DNA from: an uncultured Eubacteriales bacterium
GTDB lineage: Bacteria > Bacillota > Clostridia > Oscillospirales > CAG-272
Direction: 5' to 3'
Assembly (NCBI GenBank): GCA_900547565.1
Contig: URHI01000001.1
Span: forward strand, 3,533-67,532
Length of the DNA: 64,000 nucleotides
In this document: positions 53,190 to 61,915 of the stretch, piece by piece
How positions within the stretch are numbered: the stretch's first letter is position 1
Layout of the letters: each line of letters begins with the position of its first letter
The notes under the pieces: generated by a model
What the model was told of the DNA's origin: nothing
What the model saw: the letters and a program-made list of their open reading frames with translations, nothing else
Databases searched by the model: none
Translations under genes and position numbers: made by a program

Positions 53190-54398
53190 TTACATCACAA
53201 ATGCCGATAAAATCCGCAAAAACAGCTGTCCGAAGCTGATCTTTACCACATTGCCGCCCGCTCTGACTTCACACTCGCCCAGCACCTCGTCTCCGCAGAC
53301 ATACTTCACGCTCCCAACGCGGTCGCCCTTTGCGACCGGGGCCGAGACGGTGCTCTCAAGAGTCAGCTGTTTTTCCACGCGGTTCTCGCTTCCCTTTGGC
53401 ACCACGACACAAAAGCGCTCACATTCGGCCGTCACGCTGTCGTCCACACCTCCCGTAACGGCGACATTTCCGACCTCACCGGCATCGTCCGTATACAGTG
53501 CATAGTTGGCAAAACCCCAGTCAAGCAGCTGTGTCGCGGCAGAGTTGCGTATATCGCGCGTTTCGGCTCCCATTATAACGCAGATAAGATGCATTCCGTC
53601 ACGTTTGGCCGTAGCGCTCATGCAGAATTTTGCCTTGGACGTCGATCCGGTCTTAAGGCCGGTCGCGCCCGGGTAAAAACGTACCAGTCGGTTGGTGTTG
53701 GTCAGACCGAATGCGCCGTTGCGTATCGTATCCATCCAGATTCCGCTGTATTCGAGTATCTTGGGGTGCTTTATAAGCTCGCGCGACATAATAGCTATGT
53801 CCCGTGCAGACGTTACATGCCCGGTTGCGGTGTCGTCAAGTCCATTGGTGTTCTGGAACACGGTATTTTTCATGCCCAGCTCGGCTGCCCGTTTGTTCAT
53901 GCGGACTACGAACGCCTCCTCGCTTCCGGCTACGCCTTCAGCCAGCATGACCGCCGCGTCGTTGGCGGAGCTGATAACAACGCACTTTATCAGTTCCTCT
54001 ACCGACATCTGCTCTCCCGGCTCAAGATATACTTGCGAACCACCCATTGATGCTGCATTCGGACTGCAGCTGAGAATATCTGTCAGCTTCATAGCCCCTT
54101 GGTCAATTGCTTCCATTACCAGCAGCAATGTCATGATCTTGGTGACCGAAGCCGGCGGCAATGCTTCGTCGGCATTGTGCTCCATCAACACCTTGCCTGT
54201 TTCTGCCTCCATAAGTATGGCAGATATACAGTTTGGCGTGATATCAGCCGCAAGCGCATTATCACCTATTCCCGTGGTGCCGTTTACCGCTGTAATTACC
54301 GGGGTACTCTGACCCGCCTCCGCGTACGCAGGGATCCCCAAGATCAGTATTACAAACATCAAAAGGACAGCAATTATTTTTCTCGGACTCATAGTCAC
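53190..54398 (-). CDS. Serine-type D-Ala-D-Ala carboxypeptidase (peptidase S11, DacB/DacF-like)
   Basis: A signal peptide, SxxK (ASVTKIMT), SxN (SSANDAA) and KTG (LKTGST). Confidence 0.88.
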   Translation of the reverse strand: MTMSPRKIIAVLLMFVILILGIPAYAEAGQSTPVITAVNGTTGIGDNALAADITPNCISAILMEAETGKVLMEHNADEALPPASVTKIMTLLLVMEAIDQGAMKLTDILSCSPNAASMGGSQVYLEPGEQMSVEELIKCVVISSANDAAVMLAEGVAGSEEAFVVRMNKRAAELGMKNTVFQNTNGLDDTATGHVTSARDIAIMSRELIKHPKILEYSGIWMDTIRNGAFGLTNTNRLVRFYPGATGLKTGSTSKAKFCMSATAKRDGMHLICVIMGAETRDIRNSAATQLLDWGFANYALYTDDAGEVGNVAVTGGVDDSVTAECERFCVVVPKGSENRVEKQLTLESTVSAPVAKGDRVGSVKYVCGDEVLGECEVRAGGNVVKISFGQLFLRILSAFVM

Positions 54399-54466
54399 AT
54401 ACCTCTCATAAAATTTCTTCTAATCAAGAATATGTGAGCTATCCCCAGATTATTACGCCGCCGACC

Positions 54467-55537
54467 TCAGTAGCGTACCCCGAAGCGGTATTCGGTTACC
54501 GAATGGAACGGTTGCCCCGCCTCAAGCACTGCATCAGAAAAAACGAACTCCGGATGATGTATTGAATCGGGCGCGTTCTGTGTTTCGAGGCAAACAGCGT
54601 GCCGCCTCTGCTGCGGCACACCGCCCTTGAGCGGGAACTCAGCGTTATTCATAAAGTTTGCCGTGTAGCACTGAACGCACGGCCGATCGGTGAAGACCTC
54701 CATATGCCGTCCGGTACGCGGGCAATACAGCTCGCAACGCGCCACCGGCTCGCTCGTTCTCCCACCGTTGAACACAAAGCAGTGGTCATATCCGCCGGCA
54801 CTCCTGATATCGGGGTCGGATGAGTCAATGTCCCGTCCGATCGGGCGTTCAGTAAAGTCAAACGCACCTCGCGCCGCCTTTATCTCTCCGGTAGGGATGA
54901 GCGCATCGTCGGTAGGAAGATAGCTGTCTGCATCAATTGACAGGATATGGTCGTACACGTCTCCCGCGTCGTACCCACCGAGATTGAAGTATGTGTGATT
55001 TGTCAGATTTATCAATGTCTTTTTGTCACTGACAGCGAAATATTCGATCACAAGAGCCACGTCTTCGCCGCGCGTGACAAAGCTGTACTTCACCCGCACG
55101 TCCATACATCCGGGATAGCCCTCATCACCGTCCGGCGAGGTAAGCGTGAGCGTAAGTGAATCATCATTTTGCCCCATCTCTGTCTTCCACAGCCGGTGTG
55201 AAAACCCCACCTTGCCGCCATGCAGTGAATTTTCACCGTTGTTGCGGTACAGCGTATATTGCCGCCCGTCAAGCGTAAAACGTCCACCTGCAATGCGGTT
55301 GCCGACGCGCCCGACCAGCGCTCCCTGATATCCGTCCGCACGGACGTAGCTGTCCAAGCTGTCATAGCCGCACACCACATCGCCGAGGTGCCCCTCTCTG
55401 TCCGGAACGAACAGCCGCATCACCGCACCGCCATAGTCGGTTATATCCACACACGCCCCTGTGGCGGCCTGTATGCGATACACCGAAGCTATGCTGCCGT
55501 CCGGCAATGTGCCGAATTTATTAACTGTAATACTCAT
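54467..55537 (-). CDS. galM: Aldose 1-epimerase (galactose mutarotase)
   Basis: NSLHGG, LTNHTYFNL and GYDHCF motifs. There is an ATGA overlap with galE. Confidence 0.85.
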   Translation of the reverse strand: MSITVNKFGTLPDGSIASVYRIQAATGACVDITDYGGAVMRLFVPDREGHLGDVVCGYDSLDSYVRADGYQGALVGRVGNRIAGGRFTLDGRQYTLYRNNGENSLHGGKVGFSHRLWKTEMGQNDDSLTLTLTSPDGDEGYPGCMDVRVKYSFVTRGEDVALVIEYFAVSDKKTLINLTNHTYFNLGGYDAGDVYDHILSIDADSYLPTDDALIPTGEIKAARGAFDFTERPIGRDIDSSDPDIRSAGGYDHCFVFNGGRTSEPVARCELYCPRTGRHMEVFTDRPCVQCYTANFMNNAEFPLKGGVPQQRRHAVCLETQNAPDSIHHPEFVFSDAVLEAGQPFHSVTEYRFGVRY

Positions 55538-56550
55538 TCTTTATCATACCCCATAGGATTGAGCGTCTGCCAGCGGTCGGCGTCACGGCACATGTCGTCA
55601 AGTCCCAGCTCTGCGTGCCAGCCGAGCACGCGGTTGGCCTTGGTGGGATCGGCATAGCACTCGTCTATATCCCCCGGGCGGCGGGGTGCCAGGACATACG
55701 GCACACGCTTGCCGGTAACGCGCTCATACGCCTTAACCATTTCAAGCACAGAATAGCCCTTTCCGGTGCCGATATTGAAATAATCTACACCCTTGTGACT
55801 GTCGGCATAATCCAGTGCTTTGGTGTGAGCGCGGGCAAGATCGCTGATATGGATGTAATCACGCACGCCCGTTCCGTCGGGAGTGTTGTAATCGCTTCCG
55901 AAAATATTGAGGTGATCCAAACGCCCCTCGGCAACCTGTGTGATATAAGGCATAAGGTTATTGGGGATACCGCAGGGATCCTCACCTATCATGCCGCTTA
56001 TGTGCGCGCCCACAGGATTGAAATAGCGCAGTATAGTAACGCTCCAGTCGGGATCGGCCCGGTAAAGGTCAGAAAGTATGCGCTCGATCATGAGCTTGGT
56101 TTCGCCGTATGGATTTTCGGTCGAAAGCGGAAAATCCTCGCGTATCGGTACGCTCTTAGGACGTCCGTACACCGTTGCGGAGGAACTGAACACTATCTCC
56201 TTTGCACCGTATTTCTGCATCAGCTCACACAGATTAAGCGTACCGGTGATGTTATTGTGGTAATACAACAGCGGCTTTTGCACCGACTCGCCCACAGCCT
56301 TAAGCCCGGCGAAATGAATACATGACTCAATTTCGTTTTGCCTGAATATCGTCTCCATACTGTCGATGTCAAGCATATCGGCACGGTAAAAACGTATTTC
56401 CTTGCCGGTTATCTGACGAAGCCGCTCCAGTACAACAGGCTTGCTGTTGCAGAAGTTATCCATCACCACAATGTCGCGGCCGTCAGACAACAGCTCAACT
56501 ATAGTATGCGAGCCGATATAGCCGGTGCCGCCTGTAATAAGAACAGCCAT
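55534..56550 (-). CDS. galE: UDP-glucose 4-epimerase
   Basis: MAVLITGGTGYIGSHT...SSSATVYG...PYGETK...RYFNPVGAH. Confidence 0.92.
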   Translation of the reverse strand: MAVLITGGTGYIGSHTIVELLSDGRDIVVMDNFCNSKPVVLERLRQITGKEIRFYRADMLDIDSMETIFRQNEIESCIHFAGLKAVGESVQKPLLYYHNNITGTLNLCELMQKYGAKEIVFSSSATVYGRPKSVPIREDFPLSTENPYGETKLMIERILSDLYRADPDWSVTILRYFNPVGAHISGMIGEDPCGIPNNLMPYITQVAEGRLDHLNIFGSDYNTPDGTGVRDYIHISDLARAHTKALDYADSHKGVDYFNIGTGKGYSVLEMVKAYERVTGKRVPYVLAPRRPGDIDECYADPTKANRVLGWHAELGLDDMCRDADRWQTLNPMGYDKE

Positions 56551-56620
56551 TTTCCAAAGCCTTTCTTGGCGATTTACGCCACGGTGCGTTAAACTCAGTC
56601 GTTTCTCACGCAAATGTCCG

Positions 56621-57724
56621 TTAATTGAATTTTTTTATTATGTCCCGGAATTCATCCATGCGGCTCTCAATATCGTAAACCAGCTTGAACTGGTTGCGCG
56701 CGCGCACGAGATTATGGTCGGGATACGCAGTTTTGAAGTATACGTCGCCCTCAAGGTAGTCGGTAAGAAAACGCATGCCTGTTTCCAGCGTTATAATGTA
56801 AGCTCCCATGGGCAGATACTCGATTTCCTTTTCGGTCAGCGAGTGGCCGGAGCCTTCAATATAGCCCTTGGCAAACGCCTCAAACATATCGTTGCGGAAG
56901 AACACCTTATCGAGGTCGCGCTCGTCCTCCAGCGCACTTGAAGCGCCGAAGCGGATTGCGTCGCCGAAATCGTACAGTGCAGAGCCGGGCATAACGGTAT
57001 CAAGATCGATGATACATACGCTGTCGCCCGTTGCAGCGTCCATGAGTATGTTATTGAGCTTGGTGTCGTTATGCGTAACGCGCAGCGGGATCTCTCCCGT
57101 TCCCAGCTTATCGACGATAAAGGAGCACTGCTCGCCCCGGTCGCGCACAAACTTTATTTCATCCGAAGCGATGCTCCTGCGCTCGCTGCCACACCCATCG
57201 ACAACTTCACAAAAACGCTCATAGCGCCGCTTGGTATTGTGGAAATCGGGAATTGTTTCATTGAGCATTGAGGCATCGTATCCCGCCATGCGCTGCTGGA
57301 ACTGACCGAAGGCATATCCCGCCTTCATGAACATCTCCGGGCTGTCGGCCAGCGCATAAGACACCACATTGTCGATATAGCGATACATTCTCCAGCAACC
57401 GCCGTTTTCATCGCGATAATATGTGTGTCCGTCCCGGCTGAACACAAAATTGAGCGTTCCGCGACGCGGGTCCTCACCAATGGCGACAAGATAGCCGCGC
57501 AGGTAGTTGGTCACACCGAACATGTTGTTCATAAGAACGTCGGGGCGCTTGAAAACGTACGTGTTTATGCGCTGAAGCACATACTTATCGGTGTTGCCGC
57601 GATTGTAAAAATCCACGATATAGGTATTGTTTATATGCCCCATGGTACATTCCTCGACGCCGCACGGCTCTCCGGCTACATCAAAATTGCGGGAAATATT
57701 AAATATCTCGGTGTTCATTTCCAA
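56621..57724 (-). CDS. APH/NahK-family phosphotransferase (putative anomeric sugar-1-kinase)
   Basis: GHINNTYIV...YVLQRIN...VTHNDTKLNNIL...IDLDTV is the kinase catalytic loop HNDxxxNN plus DLD. It resembles N-acetylhexosamine 1-kinase. Confidence 0.65.
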   Translation of the reverse strand: MEMNTEIFNISRNFDVAGEPCGVEECTMGHINNTYIVDFYNRGNTDKYVLQRINTYVFKRPDVLMNNMFGVTNYLRGYLVAIGEDPRRGTLNFVFSRDGHTYYRDENGGCWRMYRYIDNVVSYALADSPEMFMKAGYAFGQFQQRMAGYDASMLNETIPDFHNTKRRYERFCEVVDGCGSERRSIASDEIKFVRDRGEQCSFIVDKLGTGEIPLRVTHNDTKLNNILMDAATGDSVCIIDLDTVMPGSALYDFGDAIRFGASSALEDERDLDKVFFRNDMFEAFAKGYIEGSGHSLTEKEIEYLPMGAYIITLETGMRFLTDYLEGDVYFKTAYPDHNLVRARNQFKLVYDIESRMDEFRDIIKKFN

Positions 57725-58620
57725 AGCCCCTTAGGGTATCTTACGCCGTCGGTCAGCGCGCCTATCTTGACAACCACATCGGCTCTGTCTTCATGATATG
57801 TAACGCCGAACCATACCGAATCGGTTGAATACGCGCGTACGGTGCAGGCATTATCCGCAAGCATCAGTCCTATGTCGTTGGGCAACAGACATTCCTTCTT
57901 GAGCGGATTTTCAACCAGCTCATTCTTGAGGAAAAGCTCAAACCTGTTCTGCAGCTGCGGAAACACTGCCGGAGTAAAGCCCCAGAAATTCATGGAGACG
58001 ATGGTATCGTTGGTCAGCGGGAAACGCTCACCGTTTTCCTCAAACACAGGGCCATCGGGAGTGCAATAAATCTTGGTGCGCTCGACAATGCTGTTAAGCA
58101 TTCCGTCCTTGGTAACACAAACTCCGCGGGAGACCGAGCCGTTGTCGGTCAGCGTATTATTGAGCACAAATCCGACCATGCAATACTGCGGTATTGCGGT
58201 ATTGATATCGTTTCTCACCAGATGCGCTGCCACCTTGCGAAAAGTGTCGGCACCGTAAAAGTCGTCGGCATTGCAGACGGCAAAGTTATCATCAATAATG
58301 TCGCGTGCGGCCAGCACTGCATGAGTGGTGCCCCACGGTTTGCTCCTCCCTTCGGGAACAGAGGCCCACTCGGGGATATCGTCCATCTTCTGGAAAGCAT
58401 ATTCAACCTTTATATGACCCTCGATACGGGAGCCGATGGTTTCACGGAAAGCCTCGTAGTTCTCCTCCTTGATAACGAAAACAACCCGATCAAAGCCGGC
58501 ACGTTTGGCATCAAAAACGGAATAGTCAATGATGAATTCGCCGTACTCATTGATCGGATCAAGCTGTTTCAGTCCACCATATCTGGAACCGAGACCGGCC
58601 GCAAGAATCAGAAGCGTCAT
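57715..58620 (-). CDS. Sugar-1-phosphate nucleotidyltransferase family protein
   Basis: The N-terminus LILAAGLGSRYGGLKQLDP is a G-rich NTP-transferase loop. It overlaps the kinase gene by 10 nt. Confidence 0.75.
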   Translation of the reverse strand: MTLLILAAGLGSRYGGLKQLDPINEYGEFIIDYSVFDAKRAGFDRVVFVIKEENYEAFRETIGSRIEGHIKVEYAFQKMDDIPEWASVPEGRSKPWGTTHAVLAARDIIDDNFAVCNADDFYGADTFRKVAAHLVRNDINTAIPQYCMVGFVLNNTLTDNGSVSRGVCVTKDGMLNSIVERTKIYCTPDGPVFEENGERFPLTNDTIVSMNFWGFTPAVFPQLQNRFELFLKNELVENPLKKECLLPNDIGLMLADNACTVRAYSTDSVWFGVTYHEDRADVVVKIGALTDGVRYPKGLWK

Positions 58621-58694
58621 AGTGGTATTCTCCTTTTATGTTGATTATAAATAAAAACTATGTACAGCCGCTGTGCGGCTGGCAATTCATATTA

Positions 58695-58723
58695 ATGATA
58701 CCTCATTTTTTCCCTTTTGTCAA
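58695..58723 (-). promoter_or_regulatory. Sigma-A type promoter of the NTase-kinase-galE-galM operon
   Basis: On the minus strand: TTGACA (58723-58718), 17-nt spacer, TATCAT (58700-58695). Confidence 0.55.
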
Positions 58724-58771
58724 CAGGAATACAATGTTTTTTCACAAGTCATTATTATATTGTAATAATCC

Positions 58772-59545
58772 TTATATTTGGGAACGCATCTTCTCAATCG
58801 CGCCTTTTTCCAATCTTGAGACCTGTGCCTGCGAAATGCCGATTTCCTCAGCTATCTCCATTTGCGTTTTATTTTTGTAAAATCTCATGTTGATGATCGA
58901 CCGTTCGCGTTCGGTCAGCTTTTTCATGGCATCGCGCAGGGCAATGTTCTCAAGCCAGCACTCGTCCGAGCTTCCTGCGTCGCTGACCTGATCGATGACG
59001 TAAATCGAATCGCCGTTTTCACTGTAAACAGGCTCATACAACGATATCGGCTCGACTATAGCCTCCATGGCACGCAGTACCGACTCTCGGCTCTCGCCCA
59101 GTCGCTCGGCAATTTCCTCGACAGTCGGCTCGCTCTCCTTTACCCGCGTCAACTCCTCGCGCGCTCCCAATGCCCGGTAGGCAAGATCTCTGACCGAACG
59201 GCTTATGCGTATGGCGTTGTTGTCGCGCAGATAGCGCCGTATCTCACCTATTATCATGGGAACGGCATAGGTAGAGAATTTTACATCAAGATCGGTATTG
59301 AAGTTGTCAACCGCCTTGATAAGTCCTACGCAACCGACCTGAAACAGGTCGTCCATGCTTTCGCGACGGTTGGTGAAGCGCTGTATTATACTGAGGACCA
59401 GCCGCAAATTTCCGTATATCAGCTCCTGCCGTGCGTCCATATCCCCCGCTTTGGTCCGTTGCAGGAGGTCGCGTTTTTGTTCGTCTGTAAGGGTTTTGAG
59501 TTTAGAGGTGTTTACACCGCATATTTCAACTTTATTATAATACAT
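58772..59545 (-). CDS. sigG: Sporulation sigma factor SigG
   Basis: NKVEICGVNTSKL...GNLRLVLSIIQRF...DDLFQVGCVGLIKAVDNF...KFSTYAVPMIIGEIRRYLRDNN...TQMEIAEEIGISQAQVSRLEK is near-collinear with B. subtilis SigG. Confidence 0.9.
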   Translation of the reverse strand: MYYNKVEICGVNTSKLKTLTDEQKRDLLQRTKAGDMDARQELIYGNLRLVLSIIQRFTNRRESMDDLFQVGCVGLIKAVDNFNTDLDVKFSTYAVPMIIGEIRRYLRDNNAIRISRSVRDLAYRALGAREELTRVKESEPTVEEIAERLGESRESVLRAMEAIVEPISLYEPVYSENGDSIYVIDQVSDAGSSDECWLENIALRDAMKKLTERERSIINMRFYKNKTQMEIAEEIGISQAQVSRLEKGAIEKMRSQI

Positions 59546-59548
59546 ATG

Positions 59549-59596
59549 AAATCTCCCGTTTGCTGGATACTCAAAGTATTGACAAACGGGAGATTT
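59549..59596 (-). promoter_or_regulatory. Perfect 14-bp hairpin sequestering the sigG Shine-Dalgarno
   Basis: In mRNA sense: AAAUCUCCCGUUUG, a 20-nt loop, CAAACGGGAGAUUU, then CAUAUG. The 3' arm contains the SD GGGAGA. Confidence 0.7.
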
Positions 59597-59640
59597 GATT
59601 ATTCATACATTGCCCTGCCTGTTTTTACCTGCACAGAACA

Positions 59641-59666
59641 AAAGGAAAAGGCCGCGCAGGGCGGCC
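59641..59666 (-). terminator. Short GC hairpin terminator after rplS
   Basis: On the minus strand: ggccgc-cctgc-gcggcc followed by TTTTCCTTTT. The stem is only 6 bp. Confidence 0.5.
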
Positions 59667-59679
59667 CTCTGAGCTATAT

Positions 59680-60021
59680 TCAGATTTTTTCCTTGACTTT
59701 GGAAGCCTTGCCGACTCTGTCACGCAGATAATAGAGCTTTGCACGTCTGATTTTACCGACGCGTATGATCTCTACCTTCTCAACGTTAGGAGAGTGGAGC
59801 GGGAACGTCTTTTCCACACCGCAGCCATAGGAAACACGTCTTACGGTGAAGGTTTCGGAAATACCGCCGCCATGCTTGGAGATGACAGTGCCTTCAAAAA
59901 GCTGGATTCTTTCCCGGTTGCCTTCCTTGATCCTGTTGTAAACGCGAACATTATCGCCTACACGTACAAGGGGCAGGTCCTTTTTCAATTGCTCATTTGT
60001 AAAAGCCTCGATTTTGTTCAT
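59680..60021 (-). CDS. rplS: 50S ribosomal protein L19
   Basis: [26 protein letters not shown]...[15 protein letters not shown]...TFTVRR. RBS aaggagg is present. Confidence 0.95.
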   Translation of the reverse strand: MNKIEAFTNEQLKKDLPLVRVGDNVRVYNRIKEGNRERIQLFEGTVISKHGGGISETFTVRRVSYGCGVEKTFPLHSPNVEKVEIIRVGKIRRAKLYYLRDRVGKASKVKEKI

Positions 60022-60107
60022 TTTGGCCCTCCTTAATAATGCGGACATTCATGCAGAGCTGCGCAGCGGACTGCCCGTGATAGCGCCATCGGCGCATAAC
60101 AAGTGAT

Positions 60108-60136
60108 ATTATACTACATATCCGGTATTTTTGCAA
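60108..60136 (-). promoter_or_regulatory. Sigma-A type promoter of rplS
   Basis: On the minus strand: TTGCAA (60136-60131), 17-nt spacer, TATAAT (60113-60108). This leaves a leader of about 80 nt. Confidence 0.6.
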
Positions 60137-60190
60137 TAGTTTTTCAAGAAAAAATTCAAATTAAATTTATTGTTCCCTCCTTATTTACCG

Positions 60191-60218
60191 TTGACAAAAC
60201 AACAAAACGTAGTATAAT
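60191..60218 (+). promoter_or_regulatory. Sigma-A type promoter driving the structured leader and GNAT gene
   Basis: TTGACA (60191-60196), 16-nt spacer, TATAAT (60213-60218). Confidence 0.6.
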
Positions 60219-60246
60219 GTGTGTAAAAATTCAAGAGAACAGGACT

Positions 60247-60358
60247 TAGCGTGAAAGTTGCTTCAATCTAAAAGTGAAATATACTTTTTCACGCACGAAT
60301 TTTGCCGAGGCAAAATTCACTGATTACTATTTGTGCTGCCGCACAGCGGCAGAATGAG
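60247..60358 (+). repeat. Copy B of the ~110-nt three-hairpin element, placed as the 5' UTR of the GNAT gene
   Basis: Hairpin 1 pairs 60249-60256 with 60287-60294. Hairpin 2 is 60297-60318. Hairpin 3 is 60336-60352. The RBS gagga and the ATG at 60368 follow. Confidence 0.85.
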
Positions 60359-60367
60359 GATTATTAT

Positions 60368-60823
60368 ATGATAGTCAGATGCTTTGAGCCGGGTGACCGG
60401 GACGATTTTCTGCGGCTTTGCCGTGATTTTTACGAATCACACGCAACTCTGCGCCCCTTCGACGCCGATATTTCTCAGCTTACATTCGAACACGCCATAA
60501 AACGCCATGCCAACCTTTCGGGATATCTTATGGTGGACAAACAGTCTACCGAACCTATTGGCTACGCACTGATCACTTCGTATTGGTGCAACGAGGAGGG
60601 CGGCAAGGTCGTTGTGCTCGATGAACTGTATATAAGCCCCCAAAACCGTCACAAGGGCTATGCCACCAAGTTTATGGAATGGCTTGAGAAGGAGTACCGG
60701 GGGCGTGCAGTATCGGTTTCGCTGGAGGTACTGAACGACAATGTCACCGCACGTCAGCTCTATGCCAAGGAAGGCTTTGCGCCGGACGGATTTATTACGT
60801 ACAGTAAGCGGATCCCGCAGTAG
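60368..60823 (+). CDS. GNAT family N-acetyltransferase
   Basis: MIVRCFEPGDRDDF...VVLDELYISPQNRHKGYATKFMEWLE contains the acetyl-CoA binding motif Q/RxxGxG/A-like. Confidence 0.85.
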   Translation: MIVRCFEPGDRDDFLRLCRDFYESHATLRPFDADISQLTFEHAIKRHANLSGYLMVDKQSTEPIGYALITSYWCNEEGGKVVVLDELYISPQNRHKGYATKFMEWLEKEYRGRAVSVSLEVLNDNVTARQLYAKEGFAPDGFITYSKRIPQ

Positions 60824-60853
60824 CCGGTCACTAAAGATCTGAGCGCGGACAGC

Positions 60854-61717
60854 CTATACCTCGCGGAAGCCGCGGCCGATTATTTTGTTCGAGTTGGTTA
60901 CGGTGATAAAGGCATTAGGGTCGGTGGCACGAAGCTTCTTCTCAAGCCTTGCGGCCTCAATGCGGCGGCATGATGTAATCAGCATTTTTTTGGGAGTTCC
61001 GGTATAAACGCCGACAGCATCTACCATCGTGACGCCGTGGTGCATCTCATTAAGAATATAGTCGCACAGCTCATCCGGCTTTTCGGTAACTATCGTGAAG
61101 GATTTGCACAGGTTGATATTTTCAATTATATTGTCCACCAGAAACGCCTTGATAAACAGTCCGAGCAGTGAGTAAAGCCCCGTTTTTATTCCGCTGACAA
61201 ATATCGATGATGCGGCTATCAGCGCGTCGACAATAAGCAACGCGGTCCCTATGTTTACAGATGTGTATTTTTTGAGTATCATGGCGGTTATGTCGGTACC
61301 GCCACTCGACGCCGAACGCGAGAACAGCAGCGATGAGCCGGCCGCAGTTATAAGTATGGCATAAATGAGTTCAAGCAGACTGTCATCGGTAAGCGGAGCA
61401 CCCAGCGGTATCAACTGTTCAAAAAGCCATGTCTCGGCCGAAAACGCCAGACTGCAATAAACAGTTTTGATGCCGACAGTGCGCCCGAGAAAAATGAATC
61501 CGATTACAAGCAGTGCTACGTTGAGTGCCAGCATAAGCGTTGAGGCCGAAACCTCCCCGCCTGTCAGTCGGCTGACAATTATCGAAATGCCGCTGACTCC
61601 CCCGGTTGAAAAGCCGTTGGTCATTTTGAAAAAATAAACACCGATGCTCATAAGCAGCACTCCGGCGTTCATTATCCCGAAGTCGGCCAGTGCTGACAAG
61701 AATTTTTTGTTTTTCAT
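60854..61717 (-). CDS. YitT family membrane protein (DUF2179 C-terminal domain)
   Basis: NAGVLLMSIGVYFF...GFSTGGVSGISIIV... followed by a C-terminal soluble domain. RBS ggagga is present. Confidence 0.85.
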   Translation of the reverse strand: MKNKKFLSALADFGIMNAGVLLMSIGVYFFKMTNGFSTGGVSGISIIVSRLTGGEVSASTLMLALNVALLVIGFIFLGRTVGIKTVYCSLAFSAETWLFEQLIPLGAPLTDDSLLELIYAILITAAGSSLLFSRSASSGGTDITAMILKKYTSVNIGTALLIVDALIAASSIFVSGIKTGLYSLLGLFIKAFLVDNIIENINLCKSFTIVTEKPDELCDYILNEMHHGVTMVDAVGVYTGTPKKMLITSCRRIEAARLEKKLRATDPNAFITVTNSNKIIGRGFREV

Positions 61718-61915
61718 GTGTATTATCCTCCACATGTTCGGTCAGAAATTATTGTAACACGTTATCCATCCGCCATCAACCGGCAAAGCGAGGAAAGCCG
61801 GATATTTGCGCTAAGAGTTGATAGATCCGGCTGTTTTATGCTAAGATATAATTACTGTTCAGGAGATAACACAGCATACTTTTCAAGCAGCGTCGTCCGC
61901 TCTGTTTTAACGGCA

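Noticed and set aside
58862-59731. 289-aa plus-strand ORF
   Set aside because: It is antisense to sigG, which is near-collinear with B. subtilis SigG. It also runs across the sigG/rplS intergenic terminator.
60022-60107. An L19-leader-type autoregulatory RNA in the ~80-nt rplS 5' UTR
   Set aside because: Only a small hairpin (gcgcc-gat-ggcgc) is evident. I cannot match it to the known L19 leader from memory, so it is not reported as a feature.
17271-60358. The 43-kb segment between the inverted ~110-nt repeats as a composite transposon or genomic island
   Set aside because: There is no transposase, integrase or recombinase, and no target-site duplication that I could see. The interior is full of housekeeping genes (dus, nrdDG, trxB, cinA, pgi, galE, sigG, rplS).
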